Shown in pieces: positions 17,334 through 25,180 of a stretch of 32,000 bases of DNA (positions are counted from its first letter, which is position 1; each line of letters opens with the position of its first letter). The position numbers and the translations under genes were made by a program. Location: NCBI RefSeq assembly GCF_001598795.1, contig NZ_BCZP01000017.1, forward strand, positions 1 through 32,000. The letters run 5' to 3'. Source of the stretch: Delftia acidovorans NBRC 14950. GTDB lineage: Bacteria; Pseudomonadota; Gammaproteobacteria; Burkholderiales; Burkholderiaceae_C. The notes beneath the pieces were generated by a model, which made no database searches, was not told the origin of the DNA, and saw only the letters and a list, made by a program, of their open reading frames with translations.

Positions 17334-18791
17334 TCACTGCCCACCGAGTGCGGCAGCCATGCCCGAGATGCTCTCGTCCATGGAAGCCGACTCGAACATG
17401 CTTTGCTGCAGAAAGGCCGCCATGGCCGGCTGCAGGCGTATCGCCTCATCCATCTGCGGGTCCGAGCCCGCCATGTAGGCGCCGACCTGGACCAGGTCCC
17501 GCCCCTTCTGGTAGCGCGAATAGACAGCGCGAAAGCGCCGTGCCAGCTCGAAGTGCTCGCGCGAGACCACGTTGTGCATCACGCGCGAGGCCGATTGCTC
17601 GATATCGATGGCCGGGTAGTGGCCCGACTCGGCCAGCGCCCGCGACAGCACGACGTGGCCGTCCAGAATGGCGCGCGCCGCGTCGGCAATCGGGTCCTGC
17701 TGGTCATCGCCTTCGGACAGCACGGTGTAGAAGGCCGTGATCGAGCCCACGCCGTTGAGGCCGTTGCCGCTGCGCTCGACCAGGGCCGGCAGCTTTGCAA
17801 AGCACGACGGCGGATAGCCCTTGGTGGCCGGCGGCTCGCCAATGGCCAGGGCGATCTCGCGCTGGGCCATGGCATAGCGGGTCAGCGAGTCCATGAGCAG
17901 CAGCACATGCTGGCCCTTGTCGCGGAAATGTTCGGCAATGGCCGTGGCATAGGCGGCGCCCTGCATGCGCAGCAGCGGCGGCGCATCGGCCGGCGCGGCC
18001 ACGACCACGGCGCGGCTGCGGTCCTGGGCGCCGAGGATGTCCTCGACGAATTCCTTGACCTCGCGGCCGCGTTCGCCGATCAGGCCGACCACGATCACGT
18101 CCGCCTGGGTGTAGCGCGCCATCATGCCCAGCAGCACGGACTTGCCCACGCCCGAGCCCGCGAACAGGCCCAGACGCTGGCCCCGGCCCACGGTGAGCAG
18201 GGCGTTGAGCGAGCGCACGCCGGTGTCCAGCGTCTCGCGCACCGGGTCGCGGTCCATGGCGTTGATGGGGTTGCGGTCCAGCAGATCGGCGCTCACGTCG
18301 GCCAGCGGGCCGCCATGGTCCAGGGGCTGGCCCTGCGAATCCACGACACGGCCCAGCAGGCCGCTGCCAATGGGCAGGCGCAGCACGCCGGCCGCCAGGG
18401 ACACGGGCGGCTCGACACCGTCGCCAAAGCGCAGCGGTGCGACAAAGGGTTCGGCCGGCGTCACGATGGCGCCGCTGGACAGGCCCTGGATGTCGCCCGC
18501 AGGCATGAGAAACGCACGCTCGCCGGCAAAGCCGACGACCTCGGCCAGCACCGGGTCCTGGCCCTGCTGGCGTATCCAGCACTGCGAGCCCACGGGCACC
18601 TGCAGGCCCGTGGCCTCCAGCACCAGGCCGGTCAGGCGCGTGAGCGTGCCGTGGGTTTCCAGGGGAATGTCGCCCTGCAGGCGGGCACGGGCATTGGACA
18701 GCAGTTGCTGCCAGGGCCTGGCGGCAGGCTCGGGGGTCAGTTTGGCGGCGTCGGCCAGCGGGGCGTCAACCGGCATCGCGTTCTCCGTCAT
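17334..18791 (-). CDS. fliI: flagellum-specific ATPase FliI
   Basis: F1/T3SS ATPase with Walker A GSGVGKS and Walker [13 protein letters not shown]. The ORF-track start 18941 lies deep inside fliH. ATG 18791 (MTENAMPVD...) or ATG 18776 overlap the fliH end by 26 or 11 nt. Confidence 0.95.
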   Translation of the reverse strand: MTENAMPVDAPLADAAKLTPEPAARPWQQLLSNARARLQGDIPLETHGTLTRLTGLVLEATGLQVPVGSQCWIRQQGQDPVLAEVVGFAGERAFLMPAGDIQGLSSGAIVTPAEPFVAPLRFGDGVEPPVSLAAGVLRLPIGSGLLGRVVDSQGQPLDHGGPLADVSADLLDRNPINAMDRDPVRETLDTGVRSLNALLTVGRGQRLGLFAGSGVGKSVLLGMMARYTQADVIVVGLIGERGREVKEFVEDILGAQDRSRAVVVAAPADAPPLLRMQGAAYATAIAEHFRDKGQHVLLLMDSLTRYAMAQREIALAIGEPPATKGYPPSCFAKLPALVERSGNGLNGVGSITAFYTVLSEGDDQQDPIADAARAILDGHVVLSRALAESGHYPAIDIEQSASRVMHNVVSREHFELARRFRAVYSRYQKGRDLVQVGAYMAGSDPQMDEAIRLQPAMAAFLQQSMFESASMDESISGMAAALGGQ

Positions 18792-19677
18792 ACCAGGTGG
18801 AGACCAGGCCCAGCGCGGCCACGGCGCGGCGCCAGCGCTTGTCCATGCCGGCATCGACCTGGGCGCCGCCCGATTCCACGCGCACATCGCCCTGGGCCAC
18901 GGAGGCGTCGCTGATCCACTGCACCTTGGACTGGGCACCATGCTCGGCGCGCAGCGCCTCGTCCAGCACGGCGAAGTCGGCGGGGTTCAGGCGCACGGTG
19001 GCGGCGCGGCCGTCGGCGGCCAGCATGTCCAGCGCCTCGCGCACCACGGGCAACAGGGCCTGGGGCTGGCTGCGCAGCTCCTGGCGGACCACCTGGCGCG
19101 CAATGTCGCAGGCCAGGTTGAGCAGTTCCTGCGCTGCATCCGTCTGCAGCTGCTTGAAGCCGGCATCCAGGCCGGACAGCAGCGCGTCCACGCGCTGCGC
19201 CGTCTCGCGGCCTGTGCCGGAGACGTAGTCATCCATGTGTTGCTGCCACTGCTGCCGGGCTTCCTGGCGGCCCTGCTCCAGGCCCTCGGCATGGCCTTCG
19301 GCGCGTGCCTGTTCCAGCAGGGCATGCAGTTGTTCCTCATCCAATGCGGGGGCGGTGGAGGCCGGGGCGCCCGGCGTGTCGGCTTCGACATCCAGCACCA
19401 TGGAGTCGGCCTCCAGCCGGGGCGCATCGGAGCGTCCGGGCAGCGACAGGCTGTGAAAGCCCGACGCGGAGGCAGGCGCGCGCGCCATGCCCGCGCCGCC
19501 ATGCGCAGCCTGGGCACCGGATGCGGCGGGCGCACCCTGGATGTCCGGCAGGCCCGCGAGGCTGGGCAGGCTTTTCAGGCCGCCCATATGGTCCACGGCG
19601 CCGAAGCGCCACTGCACCACCTGGCGCTCGTCGATCTCCTCGGAAGGGATGAAGCGCGAGTTCATGCCGTTAGACAT
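18766..19677 (-). CDS. fliH: flagellar assembly protein FliH
   Basis: Gene order fliG-fliH-fliI. Ala/Glu-rich central helix and a C-terminal FliH domain ([15 protein letters not shown]...). ATG 19677 overlaps the fliG stop by 8 nt. Confidence 0.88.
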   Translation of the reverse strand: MSNGMNSRFIPSEEIDERQVVQWRFGAVDHMGGLKSLPSLAGLPDIQGAPAASGAQAAHGGAGMARAPASASGFHSLSLPGRSDAPRLEADSMVLDVEADTPGAPASTAPALDEEQLHALLEQARAEGHAEGLEQGRQEARQQWQQHMDDYVSGTGRETAQRVDALLSGLDAGFKQLQTDAAQELLNLACDIARQVVRQELRSQPQALLPVVREALDMLAADGRAATVRLNPADFAVLDEALRAEHGAQSKVQWISDASVAQGDVRVESGGAQVDAGMDKRWRRAVAALGLVSTWYDGERDAG

Positions 19678-20665
19678 AGCTGTCTTCCGCACCGCTGCCG
19701 ATGGTGATCTGGCCTTCTTCGGCCAGGCGACGCACCACCTTCAGGATTTCCTTTTGCTGCGCTTCCACTTCGGACAGGCGCATCGGGCCGCGGCCTTCCA
19801 GGTCCTCGCGCAGCGACTCGGCGGCACGCATGGACATGTTGGCCAGGATCTTGTCGCGCACTTCCATCGAGCCGCCCTTGAGCGCGATGATCAGCGTCTC
19901 GGACACCACCTCGCGCAGCACCAGCTGCACCGAGCGGTCGTCCAGCTTGACCAGGTCGTCGAACACGAACATCTTGTCCATGATCTTCTGAGCCAGGTCC
20001 GGGTCGTAGTTGCGGATGGTGTCCAGCACGGCCACGTCGGCATTGCCGCCGAGGTTGTTGATCATCTCGGCCGCCGTCTTGACGCCGCCCAGCGAGGTCT
20101 TTCGGATCTTGTCGCCGCCGGCCAGCACCTGGAACAGCACCTCGTTGAGGTCCTTGAGCGCGGTCGGCTGAATGCCTTCCAGCGTGGCCACGCGCAGCAT
20201 GACTTCGCTACGGAAACGCTCGGGCAGCTGCATCAGGACGGCAGCGGCCTGCTCGTGCTCCAGGTGCACGAGGATGGCGGCCACGATCTGCGGATGCTCG
20301 CCGCGCAGCAGTTCGGCCACGGACAGCGGGTCCATCCACTTGAGGCTTTCGATGCCGGAGACATCGCCGCCCTGCAGGATGCGGTCGATCAACAGCGCCG
20401 CCTTGTCGTCGCCCAGGGCGCGCTTGAGCACCGAGCGCACATAGCCGCTGGCGTCGTCCACCAGCAGGCTTTGCGCGGCCGCGTCATCGGCAAAGCGGTT
20501 GATGACGAAGTCCACCTTCTCGCGCGAGACACCGCGCATGTGCGCAATGGTCTCGCCGAGCTTTTGCACTTCCTTCGGGGTGAGGTGCTTGAACACCTCG
20601 GCCGCTTCCTCCTCGCCCAGGGAGACCAGCAAGATGGCGGCGTCGTTCAGGCCTCGTTCGTCCAT
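19670..20665 (-). CDS. fliG: flagellar motor switch protein FliG
   Basis: 331 aa. Contains LNDAAILLVSLGEEEAAEVFKHL, HPQIVAAILVHL and MFVFDDLVKLDDRSVQLVLREV, plus a C-terminal torque helix region. Confidence 0.97.
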   Translation of the reverse strand: MDERGLNDAAILLVSLGEEEAAEVFKHLTPKEVQKLGETIAHMRGVSREKVDFVINRFADDAAAQSLLVDDASGYVRSVLKRALGDDKAALLIDRILQGGDVSGIESLKWMDPLSVAELLRGEHPQIVAAILVHLEHEQAAAVLMQLPERFRSEVMLRVATLEGIQPTALKDLNEVLFQVLAGGDKIRKTSLGGVKTAAEMINNLGGNADVAVLDTIRNYDPDLAQKIMDKMFVFDDLVKLDDRSVQLVLREVVSETLIIALKGGSMEVRDKILANMSMRAAESLREDLEGRGPMRLSEVEAQQKEILKVVRRLAEEGQITIGSGAEDSYV

Positions 20666-20692
20666 ATCTCAGCAATCCGTGTTTTGAGAGGC

Positions 20693-22402
20693 TCAGGTGG
20701 CCTCGCCGTTGATCCAGGTCTTGACGATGTTGGCCACCGCGATCGGGTTCTGCTTGGCCAGTTGGCGCGCCTGCTCCAGGCGCACTTGCTCCTGCGTGGG
20801 CGAAAGATCGACAGCGGGTGCAGCCAGCGCCGGACGGTCCAGCTGCTCGCCTTCGATGGCATTGAGCTGTCCGCCCACGGCCACCGTCTTGCGGCCCTTG
20901 AGCATGGGTCGCACCAGGCCCAGCAGCAAGATGGCGCCGAACAGGGCCAGGCCGATGGGCACGCCCAGGCTGCGGGCCATGTCCAGCACTTCGGGCTGGC
21001 GCCACAGCGGCACATCGGCGGGCACTTCGTCCTGCACAAAGGGCGTGCTGACCAGGTTGACCGAGTCGCCGCGCTCGGCGCTGTAGCCCACGGTCTCGCG
21101 CACCAGGGTCAGCAGTTGCGCCTGCTGCGCTGCCGTCAGGCCGCGTGCGGCGGCAGCGACGGTGGCTGCATCGGTTGCCGCACCGGCCGCACCGGCAGCG
21201 GCCGGCGCAGGGGCAGCCACCAGGGGCGCATTGATGACCACGGCGGCCGTCAGGCGCTTGATGCTGCCCGTGCTGCCGCGTGTATGGCGCACGGTCTTGT
21301 CCACTTCGTAATTGGTGATGGACTCGCGCTTGCTGGCAGAGCGGGCGGCGTTCTGGCCGTCGGCCGCCTGGGGCGCGGGATTGGCGCCGTTGACCGGCGC
21401 AGAAGCGTTCTGGGGCGGCTGGTTGCTGGTGGCGCCGGGAATGCCCGTGGGCTGGGGCGGCTTTTGCTCGCCCGTGCTCTCCACCACCTGCTGGCTGCGC
21501 ACCACGCCCGCGTCGGAGGACTGGTTGGGGCGGTGCTGCTCCGAAGTCGATTCGGTCTGGCTGAAATCCATCTCGGCCGAGACCTGCGCCTTCACATTGT
21601 TCTTGCCGACCACGGGCTCCAGGATCTCCAGGATGCGGCGCACGTACTGCTGCTCGATCTGCTGGGTGTAGTTCAGCTGCTGCATGTCCACGGCGTTGGC
21701 GTTGCCGTCGGGCGACTGCGACAGCAGCTTGCCCGAGTCGTCCAGGATGCTCACGGCCGTGGGCGCCATCTCGGGCACGCTGGAGGCCACCAGGTGCACG
21801 ATGCCCGCGATCTGCGTGCGGTCCAGCACGCGGCCCGGGTACAGGCTCAGCAGCACCGAGGCCGAGGGCTTTTGCTGCTCGCGGAAAAAGCCGTTCTGAT
21901 TGGGCAGGGCCAGGTGCACGCGTGCGCTTTGCACGGCGGCCAGGGCCTGGATGGAACGCGTCAGTTCGCCTTCAAGACCGCGCTGGAAATTGAGGCGTTC
22001 CTGGAACTGGGTGATGCCGAACTTGCTGTTCTCCATCAGCTCGAAACCCGTCACCGAACCCTTGGGCAGGCCCTGGGTGGCCAGCTTCAGGCGCACATCG
22101 TGCACGCGGTCGGACGGGATGAGGATGGCACCGCCGCCTTCCGTGTAGCGGTAAGGCACGTTCATCTGCGACAGCTGGGCGACGATGGCGCCGCCATCCT
22201 TGTCGCTCAGGTTGGAGAACAGCACCTTGTAGTCCGGCTGGCGGTAGAACATGGCCGCCGCACCCAGGGCGACAACCAGCAGCACGGCGATCGCGCCCCA
22301 ACGCAGGCGCGCGCCACGGTCCATGGCCGTCCAGCGCTGCTGCAAGGCAGGCTGGGGCACGGGAGTGGCTTGAGGGACAGGGATTTCAGCGACAGCAGAC
22401 AT
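20693..22402 (-). CDS. fliF: flagellar MS-ring protein FliF
   Basis: N-terminal TM helix, then YKVLFSNLSDKDGGAIVAQLSQMNVPYRY and ring-building motifs, with a second TM helix near the C-terminus. ATG 22402 chosen (MSAVAEIP...). Confidence 0.95.
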   Translation of the reverse strand: MSAVAEIPVPQATPVPQPALQQRWTAMDRGARLRWGAIAVLLVVALGAAAMFYRQPDYKVLFSNLSDKDGGAIVAQLSQMNVPYRYTEGGGAILIPSDRVHDVRLKLATQGLPKGSVTGFELMENSKFGITQFQERLNFQRGLEGELTRSIQALAAVQSARVHLALPNQNGFFREQQKPSASVLLSLYPGRVLDRTQIAGIVHLVASSVPEMAPTAVSILDDSGKLLSQSPDGNANAVDMQQLNYTQQIEQQYVRRILEILEPVVGKNNVKAQVSAEMDFSQTESTSEQHRPNQSSDAGVVRSQQVVESTGEQKPPQPTGIPGATSNQPPQNASAPVNGANPAPQAADGQNAARSASKRESITNYEVDKTVRHTRGSTGSIKRLTAAVVINAPLVAAPAPAAAGAAGAATDAATVAAAARGLTAAQQAQLLTLVRETVGYSAERGDSVNLVSTPFVQDEVPADVPLWRQPEVLDMARSLGVPIGLALFGAILLLGLVRPMLKGRKTVAVGGQLNAIEGEQLDRPALAAPAVDLSPTQEQVRLEQARQLAKQNPIAVANIVKTWINGEAT

Positions 22403-22501
22403 CTTGGTTCCAGGTGTTCGAGCCCTGCACACACAGGACCCTAGCGTGCTGTCGATTATTCGAAGTCCGCCGCTTCACATTCGCCCGATAAGCGCGCCGT
22501 T

Positions 22502-22517
22502 TGGCCGTCTATTTGCC
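22502..22517 (+). promoter_or_regulatory. candidate sigma54 (-24/-12) promoter upstream of fliE
   Basis: TGGCCG-tctat-TTGCC. The GG and GC dinucleotides have the canonical spacing of TGGCAC-N5-TTGC, 50-65 nt upstream of the fliE start candidates. No enhancer-binding-protein gene is visible in the window. Confidence 0.35.
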
Positions 22518-22579
22518 GCGATGCGAAAACCCTGCCGCCCTACGATCTCGTCATCTTGCTAACTCCGATGGAATGTGTC

Positions 22580-22897
22580 ATGGACCTTCGCATCCCCAGT
22601 ACCACCTCTCCCCTGTACGGCACCCAGCTCCCCAAAGGCGTGGGCGCAGGCGACGCATCGACCAAAGTGGCGGCTGGCGGCTTCAGCCAGGCCCTTCAAG
22701 GCGCGCTGCAGTCCGTCAGTTCAGCCCAGAACAACTCCAGCCAGCTGCAGCGTGAGGTGCAGTTGGAGAACCCGGCCGTCAGCCTCGAAGAAACCATGAT
22801 CGCCATGCAAAAGGCGCAGATCGGCTTCCAGGCCACGATGCAGGTGCGCAACCGGCTCGTGCAGGCTTATACCGACGTGATGAACATGCAGGTGTGA
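22580..22897 (+). CDS. fliE: flagellar hook-basal body complex protein FliE
   Basis: Contains FSQALQGALQSVSSAQ and the conserved C-terminus LEETMIAMQKAQIGFQATMQVRNRLVQAYTDVMNMQV. Start is ambiguous: ATG 22580 (105 aa), ATG 22568, or the track start 22556. Confidence 0.92.
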   Translation: MDLRIPSTTSPLYGTQLPKGVGAGDASTKVAAGGFSQALQGALQSVSSAQNNSSQLQREVQLENPAVSLEETMIAMQKAQIGFQATMQVRNRLVQAYTDVMNMQV

Positions 22898-22901
22898 GGA
22901 C

Positions 22902-22927
22902 GTCCGGCCCCGGCCGGACCCTCTTTG
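22902..22927 (+). terminator. candidate rho-independent terminator after fliE
   Basis: GTCCGGC-cccg-GCCGGAC (7-bp GC stem, 22902-22919) starts 5 nt after the stop and is followed by CCTCTTTG (short, interrupted T tract). Confidence 0.5.
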
Positions 22928-22933
22928 CCTCCT

Positions 22934-23008
22934 CAGATCGCAGACCGCAGACCGAACGGGATTTGCGCGCGCCATTGCGCTTGCATTGCGCTTGCATTGC
23001 CATTGCAC
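22934..23008. repeat. short tandem repeats in the fliE/flgN spacer
   Basis: CGCAGAC x2 at 22939-22952. CATTGCGCTTG x2 followed by CATTGC and CATTGCAC at 22973-23008, so the CATTGC hexamer occurs 4 times. Confidence 0.8.
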
Positions 23009-23250
23009 GGCAGCGTCATTTCCGCGCATTTCGGATCTTGCCGCCTTCAGGGTCCTTGCTTCGTTTTCCCCGGATCTGGCCTCTGGCCATCCCTCATTCC
23101 TGACCGCCCTTCCTGCGGACGGCCATCAAGCATTCCCCCGCCTCCACCTCATTGACCGAGCGCAGCCTCATCCCGCGCATGGATGGGTACGCCCAAGCTC
23201 CAGCCATGCCTGCGCCCGCTGCGCAGATTCATTCAACCGAATCCCAGCCC

Positions 23251-23289
23251 GGAAAAGACAAAACCCTCGGGCACGGATGCCGGAGGGTT
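23251..23289 (-). terminator. rho-independent terminator after flgN
   Basis: Minus strand: AACCCTCCGGCA-tccg-TGCCCGAGGGTT (12-nt arms with one mismatch, plus 23262-23289) followed by TTGTCTTTTCC. Confidence 0.75.
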
Positions 23290-23296
23290 GAGCAGC

Positions 23297-23327
23297 GGGA
23301 AGAAAGAAGAGAGAGAGAAAAAAGGGA
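23297..23327. repeat. 31-nt uninterrupted polypurine/polypyrimidine tract
   Basis: Plus strand GGGAAGAAAGAAGAGAGAGAGAAAAAAGGGA, all purines. It lies between the flgN stop (23335) and its terminator hairpin. Confidence 0.9.
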
Positions 23328-23334
23328 CGCGGCT

Positions 23335-23706
23335 TCAGCTGGCCGAGTGGTAGATGCGCGCCTTGCCCGGTCCGGCATGGGGGTGTCCATACAGGTCGCG
23401 TCCATACGTGGCCTGGTCCGAAGTCTGGGGAATCAGCGCCGCCGCCTGGCTCTGGGCCACCACGGCCATGCGTGCCAGCTGGTCGCGCTGCATGGCCATC
23501 TGCTCGCCCAGGGCCTGGGCGCGTTCGCGCAGCTCCTGCGTCCAGTCGGCCGCGCTGAAGCGCCGGGCCAGCTCGGAGAACGCCGCCATGGCATCGCGCA
23601 GCCGGGTGCTGGACTGCTCCAGCGCGACCGCATCCTTCGATTGCAGCGAGGCGGACACCATCCGGACCACCGCGTCCAGGGAATCGAGCATCTCGCTGAG
23701 AGTCAT
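23335..23706 (-). CDS. flgN: flagellar chaperone FlgN-like protein
   Basis: 123 aa helical protein in the flgA-flgM-flgN position. N-terminus MTLSEMLDSLDAVV... and distal ...ATYGRD... resemble the Salmonella FlgN N-terminus and its ...TLYGADG... region. Similarity was judged by eye only. Confidence 0.7.
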   Translation of the reverse strand: MTLSEMLDSLDAVVRMVSASLQSKDAVALEQSSTRLRDAMAAFSELARRFSAADWTQELRERAQALGEQMAMQRDQLARMAVVAQSQAAALIPQTSDQATYGRDLYGHPHAGPGKARIYHSAS

Positions 23707-23720
23707 GGGACAGGCCTTGC

Positions 23721-23746
23721 TGAAAAAAGAAAGCGCGTGCTCGCGC
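23721..23746 (-). terminator. candidate intra-operon attenuator/terminator between flgM and flgN
   Basis: Minus strand: GCGCG-agca-CGCGC hairpin (plus 23733-23746) followed directly by TTTCTTTTTTCA (plus 23721-23732), about 15-25 nt upstream of the flgN start. Confidence 0.4.
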
Positions 23747-23782
23747 CGGAAGGAAAAAACCGAGAAAGAACCGAACCCGCGC

Positions 23783-24103
23783 TCAGACGCGCGAGTGCGA
23801 GAGGAATTCTTCGGAGTTGGCCAGCAGCTTGTCGGCCACGGCGTCGGCGTTCACGCGGAAGGTGCCGTTGGCAATGGCTTCGCGGATTTCCTTGACGCGG
23901 TTGGCATCGAAATCGGCCGTGGCGCGACCAGATTGGTCCAGTGCGCGGGCCGAGGTCGAGAACGACACGGGAACACCGGCCGCCTTGGCAGGCTGGGCCT
24001 GGGCGGAGGATTCCTCGGTGGCAATGGTGCTGGCTGTCTTGGGCTGCTTGGCGGCGGCCTGGGAGGCAGCGGCGGGCAGTTCCGGTTTTTGACCTATCTT
24101 CAT
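23783..24103 (-). CDS. flgM: anti-sigma-28 factor FlgM
   Basis: 106 aa with a disordered Ala/Gln/Ser-rich N-terminal half. The C-terminal half reads FDANRVKEIREAIANGTFRVNADAVADKLL, the FlgM sigma28-binding region. GGAG RBS 6 nt upstream. Confidence 0.92.
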   Translation of the reverse strand: MKIGQKPELPAAASQAAAKQPKTASTIATEESSAQAQPAKAAGVPVSFSTSARALDQSGRATADFDANRVKEIREAIANGTFRVNADAVADKLLANSEEFLSHSRV

Positions 24104-24147
24104 CTTGATTCTCCAATCGCCCTGGCGGCGTGAGGCGCTGTGCCTAG

Positions 24148-24174
24148 CTTTCGACTGCCTGGAACAAAACTTGA
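24148..24174 (-). promoter_or_regulatory. candidate sigma28 (FliA) promoter for flgM-flgN
   Basis: Minus strand TCAAGTTT (plus 24167-24174), N11, GTCGAAAG (plus 24148-24155), compared with the consensus TAAAGTTT-N11-GCCGATAA. It starts 8 nt after the flgA stop and about 45 nt upstream of the flgM ATG. Confidence 0.6.
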
Positions 24175-24181
24175 GGTTTTT

Positions 24182-24946
24182 TTACTGGACCAGCACCACG
24201 CCCTCGGGATTCACCACCCCGGAGATGAGCCGGCCATTATCCATGCGAACCCGCACGGTCTGGCCTTCGCCGGCGGCCGACATGGCCTTGCCCGACGATG
24301 TGACGGAAAAACCACCACCGTTGACCAGCACACGCACTTCGGCACCCACCGCGAACAGCGCCGGCGTGCGCAGCATGTTCTGGCGCAGTGCCTGGCCTGC
24401 GGCCAGCGGGCGGGAGGCCACCAGGCCCACCCAGTCCTGCTGGTTGGCGTAGACGGCTGCCGATTCCTCGGCCCAGTCCACTTCGGCCTGGACGGCATCG
24501 TCGGCCGACAGCGGGCGGCCCGAAGGCACACCGTTTTGCAGCACCCAGGCAGGCCCCCAGGCCTTGACCGTGATGGGCAGGAACACATTCCAGGCCACGG
24601 CGCCCTGCAGGCAGCGCAGACCCAGGCGGGTACGGCCCCACAGGCGCGAGCCTGCGGGCAAATAGGGTTCGACCTTGGCGCAGGCAGCCAGGCGCAGGCG
24701 GGGATCGAGCTGGCCCATCTGCACTTCCATGCGCAGGGGCAAGGCGCCCGCGCCGGCCATGCCCTGCTGCAGGGCCTCGTCGGCAAAGCGCTGGCCGATC
24801 TGGCTGAGCTGGGCTGCACCGTCAGGTGCGTTCTGCGCGAAGGCAGGGCCTGCCAGCGACGCTCCAGCGGCAAGCGCAGCGCATGCGGCGGCGCGAGCGA
24901 GGGCTCGGACGGCGGATGGCGAATGGGCGGTGCTGAAGTTCGGCAT
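24182..24946 (-). CDS. flgA: flagellar P-ring assembly chaperone FlgA
   Basis: Signal peptide (ALARAAACAALAAGASLAGPAFA) and a C-terminal SAF/FlgA domain (RTPALFAVGAEVRVLVNGGGFSVTSSGKAMSAAGEGQTVRVRMDNGRLISGVV). ATG 24946 has AGGAG 8 nt upstream; the longer track start is unsupported. Confidence 0.92.
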   Translation of the reverse strand: MPNFSTAHSPSAVRALARAAACAALAAGASLAGPAFAQNAPDGAAQLSQIGQRFADEALQQGMAGAGALPLRMEVQMGQLDPRLRLAACAKVEPYLPAGSRLWGRTRLGLRCLQGAVAWNVFLPITVKAWGPAWVLQNGVPSGRPLSADDAVQAEVDWAEESAAVYANQQDWVGLVASRPLAAGQALRQNMLRTPALFAVGAEVRVLVNGGGFSVTSSGKAMSAAGEGQTVRVRMDNGRLISGVVNPEGVVLVQ

Positions 24947-25180
24947 GGCTGTGGCTCCTGACTTGCTCCGGCCTCCCGTCAGGATGGGTGGGACACCTGG
25001 AGCGATGCCAGCAAATATAGGGCGAGCGCTCTTTTCCGAAGCGCCGAACTGCGCAGGCAAACGCGCTTTCTTCGCGCTTTAGCGTTCGGGCCCGATTTCC
25101 ATAATCGACGCATGCCGCAGTCCGTGGGCTGCCGCCATTTCGTCAACCGATCACCGCAAATCCCAGAGGGCGAGGCCGAC
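24947..25180. promoter_or_regulatory. flgA / flgB divergent control region
   Basis: 234-bp gap between divergent operons. It contains direct repeats CGCGCTTT at 25062-25069 and 25073-25080 (11-bp period) and a CATAAT -10-like hexamer at 25100-25105 with a poor -35. No sigma28 or sigma54 match was seen. Confidence 0.5.

Noticed and set aside
13355-22444. Chain of long + strand ORFs (13355-15052, 15236-17137, 15760-17478, 17286-18914, 18124-19707, 19487-22444)
   Set aside because: All lie antisense to fliM/L/K/J/I/H/G/F. Several overlap each other in different frames, and none has domain-like sequence. They are high-GC shadow ORFs.
22483-22491. GCCCGATAA on the + strand upstream of fliE, resembling the sigma28 -10 box
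   Set aside because: It has an extra C relative to GCCGATAA. No TAAA/TCAAG element lies at the required 11-nt spacing (the nearest, TCGAAG, is 4 nt off). fliE is normally an early gene, not a FliA-dependent one.
22971-23008. Tandem CATTGC-containing repeats considered as a possible CRISPR or minisatellite
   Set aside because: The units are 6-11 nt with no spacers and the total length is under 40 nt, so this is not a CRISPR array. It is reported only as a short tandem repeat.
22894-23291. Small + strand ORFs in the fliE-flgN spacer (22894-23103, 22925-23155, 22986-23291), the long ORF 23152-23895 that starts in the spacer and runs on through flgN, and the minus-strand ORF 22721-23029
   Set aside because: They have no RBS, and their Pro/Arg/His/Ser/Cys-rich translations do not look like proteins. 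They overlap one another in different frames or run antisense into fliE, flgN or flgM.
10794-25180. Longest-ORF start codons from the track for fliR (11663), fliP (12754), fliN (13557), fliI (18941), fliH (19692), fliF (22432), flgA (25060), flgB (25112) and cheY (8321)
   Set aside because: Each extension overlaps the upstream gene substantially or adds Arg/Pro/Cys-rich sequence absent from the protein family. Internal ATG/GTG starts give the usual short overlaps (4-26 nt) or an SD at proper spacing, so the shorter coordinates were reported.
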